Below are positions 59,974 through 64,000 of a stretch of DNA of 64,000 nucleotides, one piece after another (the stretch's first letter is position 1; every line of letters starts with the position of its first letter). The stretch is from Felis catus. Lineage: Eukaryota. The DNA is taken from NCBI RefSeq assembly GCF_018350175.1, contig NC_058368.1, forward strand, positions 225,496,001-225,560,000, given 5' to 3'. A program made the position numbers and the translations under genes. Under the pieces are notes generated by a model. That model worked only from the letters and a program-made list of their open reading frames with translations. It was not told where the DNA came from and did no database searches.

Positions 59974-60170
59974 AGTTTTTTCTGCATTTTTAAAAACAAT
60001 TCTAGTGACATTTTTGTTACTAAAACGTGAACTCTCCCAACAGCCTAGGAAACTACTAGTTCGCCCTCTCACACTTCACGGGAATCACCTTGGCGGTCTT
60101 CTTCAGATGCACATTCGGATTGACAGGTCTGGGGTGGGGTCTGACAGAGGGCTTTCGGTAAAGGTGGAGA

Positions 60171-60381
60171 GGGGTGCCTGTGTGGCTCAGTCAGTTAAGC
60201 ATCTGACGTGGGTCATGATCTCCCCGATTCAAGCCCCATGTCGGGCTCTGTGCTGACAGCTCAGAGCCTGGAGCCTGCTTCGGATTCTGTGTCTCCCTCT
60301 CTCTCTGCCCCTCCTCTGCTCACACTCTGTGTCTCTCTCAAAAATAAATGAACGTTAAAAAAAAAAAACACAAAAAACAAA
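60171..60381 (+). mobile_element. Can-SINE
   Basis: TSD AAAG(G/C)TGGAGAG. Confidence 0.93.
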
Positions 60382-60990
60382 AAGCTGGAGAGCTTTCCTT
60401 TGGCTTCCAAAGCTCTTCCCTTCCCTTTGCTCTGTGCCCTCCCTTCCTAGGATCTTTTCACCCCGAGCATGGCCGGGTTGGGCCAGCTGCCACAAAATGA
60501 TGCTTGAGTGGACCGGGAAGCAGTTTCTGAGTCCTGTTTGGTGTGGGAAGCCCAGCAGAGCCATGTGTGGCTAAAATCCTCAAGTGGGACCTCAGGGACC
60601 CTGGCTAGGAGATGATAATAGTGTGTCGTTTTTGGTGAGAGCACCGAAGGGCATGTTCTCTGATTTCATCGAGTCGCTGAGAATTGTGTGCGCGTGCTCA
60701 GCCTTTTTTTTTTTTTTTTTTTTTTGCCAGGGAGATAGTTTTACTGTTAACTTAAAATTCCATTCCACACTAAAACTTAAACTACTGTAGGTTGGTCCAG
60801 GGAATAGAGAGGACCAGAATGTTCCCATTTGATTTATAACTTCTGCTCTCCTCGCGGGAAGTATTTGCAGATGGAAAAAGAAATGTGCAAGAGACATGCT
60901 AATAGGCTTTGTTGAAACATACGCATAGTTGTGGCCTGTGGAGGACGCGGCGCGCATGGGCAGGTTAGCACTTGCCCTGAAAGTTACTTA

Positions 60991-61526
60991 CAAGCATACA
61001 CGGTTTTATTGCACTTTGTTTTGCTGAGCTTTGCAGTGCTGTGGGTTGTTTTTTGGGGTTTGTTTTTCTTTTTTAGTGTCTTCTTTGTTTTTCGTTGTTT
61101 GTTTTCAGATTGGAGGTTTGTGACAACCCAGCGTCAGCAAGGCTGTTGGTGACATTTTTCCAACAGCATTTGTTCGTTTTGTGTCTCTGTCACCTTTTGG
61201 TAATTCTTGCGAGTTTTCAGACTTCTTCATTTTCCTGTTTGTTATGGTGATCCGTGATTCTGACTCCTTGAAAGGTCAGATGATGGTTAGCATTCTTTTA
61301 GCAAGTATTTGTACATTCAGGTATGTATGTTATCTTTTAGGCCTGTCGCCTTCTAGATTGTGGTAGTGCAGTCACTTCTTGGCCTGGTGGCTACCACAGT
61401 GTAGTGTAAACTTAACCTTTGTGTGCATCGGGAAACCAAAAAATTCACTTGAGTCACTTTTTTTGCGATGTTCAATGTGCTGTGGTGGTCTGGAACCGAA
61501 CCTGCGATCTCTCCGAGGTACACCTG
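60991..61526 (-). mobile_element. Internally deleted Tigger1-derived element (Tigger1a-like)
   Basis: TA-flanked termini CAAGCATACACGG...CCGAGGTACACCTG; collinear with the copy at 35760. Confidence 0.85.
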
Positions 61527-63624
61527 TACTTCTTGGATGCTAAGCTGCGGACAGAGTCTCAGAAGAACACCCTGGCTTAGCAGGGTACAAGTATGGCTAA
61601 AAGATCAACTCTTAGGAAAGCATAGGATGGAAGACAGCCTTGAACAGCCTTGAACACTTCTGGAACATCCACGAGGTGCACAGGCAATCAGTATAGCACC
61701 CTCTAGGAGCGTTGTAAATTGAGTGATAAGTTCTAAATTAGATTTTTCACTTTGAGAGTAAGCTCTATTATCTTTTCTGAAAAGCACCTAATTTGATTGC
61801 TCGGGAAAAAGCTTACAGTGATATAATTTACCTAATTGTGTTTTAAGGGGTAGTTATTTAACTTACCCCAGTAAACTTAATCAAGACGATTACTCTTTGC
61901 AGTGATTCTGTTGGGTTTTTTGTTTGCATTGTCTCTCTATGGGGTCTTCGGAAATATTTTCCTGGCTGGGGATTTAATGGCCCCAGTCTACAAATGAATG
62001 CCCTCCTCCTCGCCCTTCTCTTTTTATTTGCTTGCAGTAAGTATGATTAGATTTGGGTCTAAAAGTTATTCTTCTCATTTTATTAATTCACAATAAAGGC
62101 CATTAGATTGCCTGGTGCTCTCAAGTCGGTCCTCGGCCCCTCAGGAAATTCAGACCTCCTCCGGCGCTGCAGGAGACAACACTACTAAATATTTATAATC
62201 ACACCTCCCGTTTAAAGCCGTCTCTAACCTTTTTGGTTTGATCTTCTGGTTTTGACTGGTTGCAATTAATACTTTGGGCCCAGTTTTGTGAAACTTGCTA
62301 ATGGATGAGTGTAGTGATTTTTTTTTGGATACATTTTTGGTCCTTTTCACACACTTTCTACCCTGTCCAGCTGGTTTTCTTTGCTGTTTTCCCTTCACTT
62401 TGCCCCCCTGGGTGTCTTTGTGTGCTCCTCGAATGTCATGTGCTGCACACCCTCTCCCTGCGTGCACTCTGTGTGTCCTCTCCGCGGTCCTGGGGAGATC
62501 TCCCCCAAGCCTGCTGAGTGTTGGAGAATGGACGGTGGGGCGACCCAGCACGTCTCCTGTGGCACAGCACTAAACAGGACCCTGGTCCCACACACTGTCA
62601 GGTAGATGGCTAAAACTCTGTGATTTCATTTCCAGGGGCAGCGGGTTGGATCTGACTGCTAACGGGAAGTAGTCGATTCTAGATATTTTAACTGAGTTAG
62701 AAATCTTGTCTGCAAGGAAGCCCGCGGCCCAGCTGGCCCCCAAGAGCTCGGGAATGCCCTGGATTTCAGCATTCCACAAGGCTTCACGTGCAAAGCCAGC
62801 TGTGGGTCGAGGCAGCCGCCTGCGGAAAGAGGCCTCCCCGCCAGCTCCTTCTGTGTGCATGGCAGTTGGTGCGGCCCCCCAGGTGGGGTGGCCCGGCACC
62901 CCCACCTCTTTCCCCACCCCAGGACCACTCAGATGAGTGGTAGGGGAAGGGGGAGACCAGCTGGGAGACAGGAAGATGGAGGAAAAGGAATTTGGGGACA
63001 GCATTCGTGATGCACAAGCAGTGTCACTAGGGTGCCTTGAGTCTCAGGGCCAAGCTTTGAGACGACAGTACAGACAGTCGAGTGTCCCTTGTATCGTAAT
63101 GGCTGCTTCCAACCGAATTAACCTGTGGGTCCAGTTGAACCATGTGAAATCACCATTTCTCTTGGCCGAGAGGATTGAATGTCGGTGGTTCCATGTGGTT
63201 CAGCCCAAGAACGTGTTCGTGACCCGCTATTTCAGTTTTGTGCCGTAGCTTATTGAGATGCTTATGACTTGAAGGTGGAATAAAAGAATGAGTTTTCCTG
63301 GTGGCTTCCAGCAAAGTTGAACAAGATGGTGTTTCTGCAGTCCAGTCAAGAGGCACAGCGTATCCCTAACACAGTATAGAGCCCTGGCTTTTGGAGTATG
63401 ACTGCCTTCTTAAATTCTGTTGCTCTTGGGTATGTGTGTTTGTTAACAGCTGTGACGAGCTGCGACATTTGTATTCTCTTTTGGGGTTTCCATTTTCTCC
63501 AGGTGTGTAAATGATTTGCTATGATCCGTTTCTGCCGTGAACATCCAGATTTGAGTGGAAAGAAAAATGAACGTGGGTACACTTTTTTTGGAAACAGAGT
63601 TTGGGTTTTCCTCTCCTGTTGAGG

Positions 63625-63795
63625 GTGTGTTTATCGTGGTAAATATACATAACATAAAATCGACCATCGTAACTGTATTTAAGTGTAGAATTTGCTGGCA
63701 TTAATTACATTATATGTGAAAGCCTCGCCACTATTTCCAAGACTTTTCCGTCACCCCAAATAGAAAGTCTGTACCCATCAAGCACCAACTCCCTG
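63625..63795 (-). mobile_element. Old L1 (L1MB-like) 3' end
   Basis: GTGGTAAATATACATAACATAAAAT...TTCCAAGACTTTTCCGTCACCCCAAATAGAAA. Confidence 0.78.
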
Positions 63796-64000
63796 TGTAA
63801 TTTATTTTTAAACTACTGTCCGGGTGCCCTTGCTTGTGCTGCTTTCAGAAAACAGGAGCACATTAGAAATTCTGGTTTGTATCTTTCTTAATAGACCATG
63901 TCAAGAAAAACTTGCTGTAGCCTCCAGGTTCCTAGGGGAGATGCTGACCGCTGCTGAATATCCGCACTAGCCACGTGATGTGCCCGTGTAGATGGATGGT

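Noticed and set aside
59477..60072. Periodic LLSSLFS / REKREER ORFs
   Set aside because: Translations of the (GAGAGAA)n repeat.
1822..60256. Recurrent peptide family 'WVAQSVKRPTSAQVMIS...SLEPASDSVSPSLS'
   Set aside because: Translations of Can-SINE sequence, not a gene family.
1..64000. A novel multi-gene or prokaryote-like system (CRISPR array, operon, viral insert, NUMT)
   Set aside because: No regularly spaced repeat-spacer array, no compact ORF cluster and no recognisable viral or mitochondrial coding sequence. The recurring ~200-bp repeats are dispersed Can-SINEs with TSDs.
56776..64000. MYO10 exon 3 or the internal promoter of headless MYO10
   Set aside because: No further MYO10-like peptide is seen before the window ends. 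The headless isoform is known to start much further downstream in the gene.

Overview
Mammalian genomic DNA, almost certainly from a felid: it carries about 49 carnivore tRNA-derived Can-SINEs, several of the young feline type. The window holds the 5' end of MYO10 (unconventional myosin X) on the + strand. This comprises a CpG-island promoter with GC boxes (~6.45-7.8 kb), coding exon 1 (7407-7427, MDNFFPE), a 49,249-bp intron 1, coding exon 2 (56677-56775, GTRVWLRENGQHFPSTVNSCAEGVVVFRTDYGQ) and the start of intron 2. The rest is intergenic or intronic sequence made of SINEs, old L1/L2/MIR fragments, DNA-transposon fossils (MER20, MER33, MER45A, MER5A, Tigger1-derived), an MLT1 LTR fragment and microsatellites. 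Almost all ORFs in the supplied track are repeat-derived or chance ORFs. I found no evidence of a previously undescribed gene system. The most worthwhile observations are regulatory or structural: four short upstream ORFs before the MYO10 start codon, a duplicated GC-box/G-quadruplex core promoter, re-use of one retrotransposon target site, zero-spacer inverted SINE pairs, a ~630-bp polypyrimidine tract with a 270-bp higher-order duplication, and a perfect (GAGAGAA)31 array. Gene and repeat family names come from my recall of known and consensus sequences, not from a database search. Repeat boundaries are approximate.
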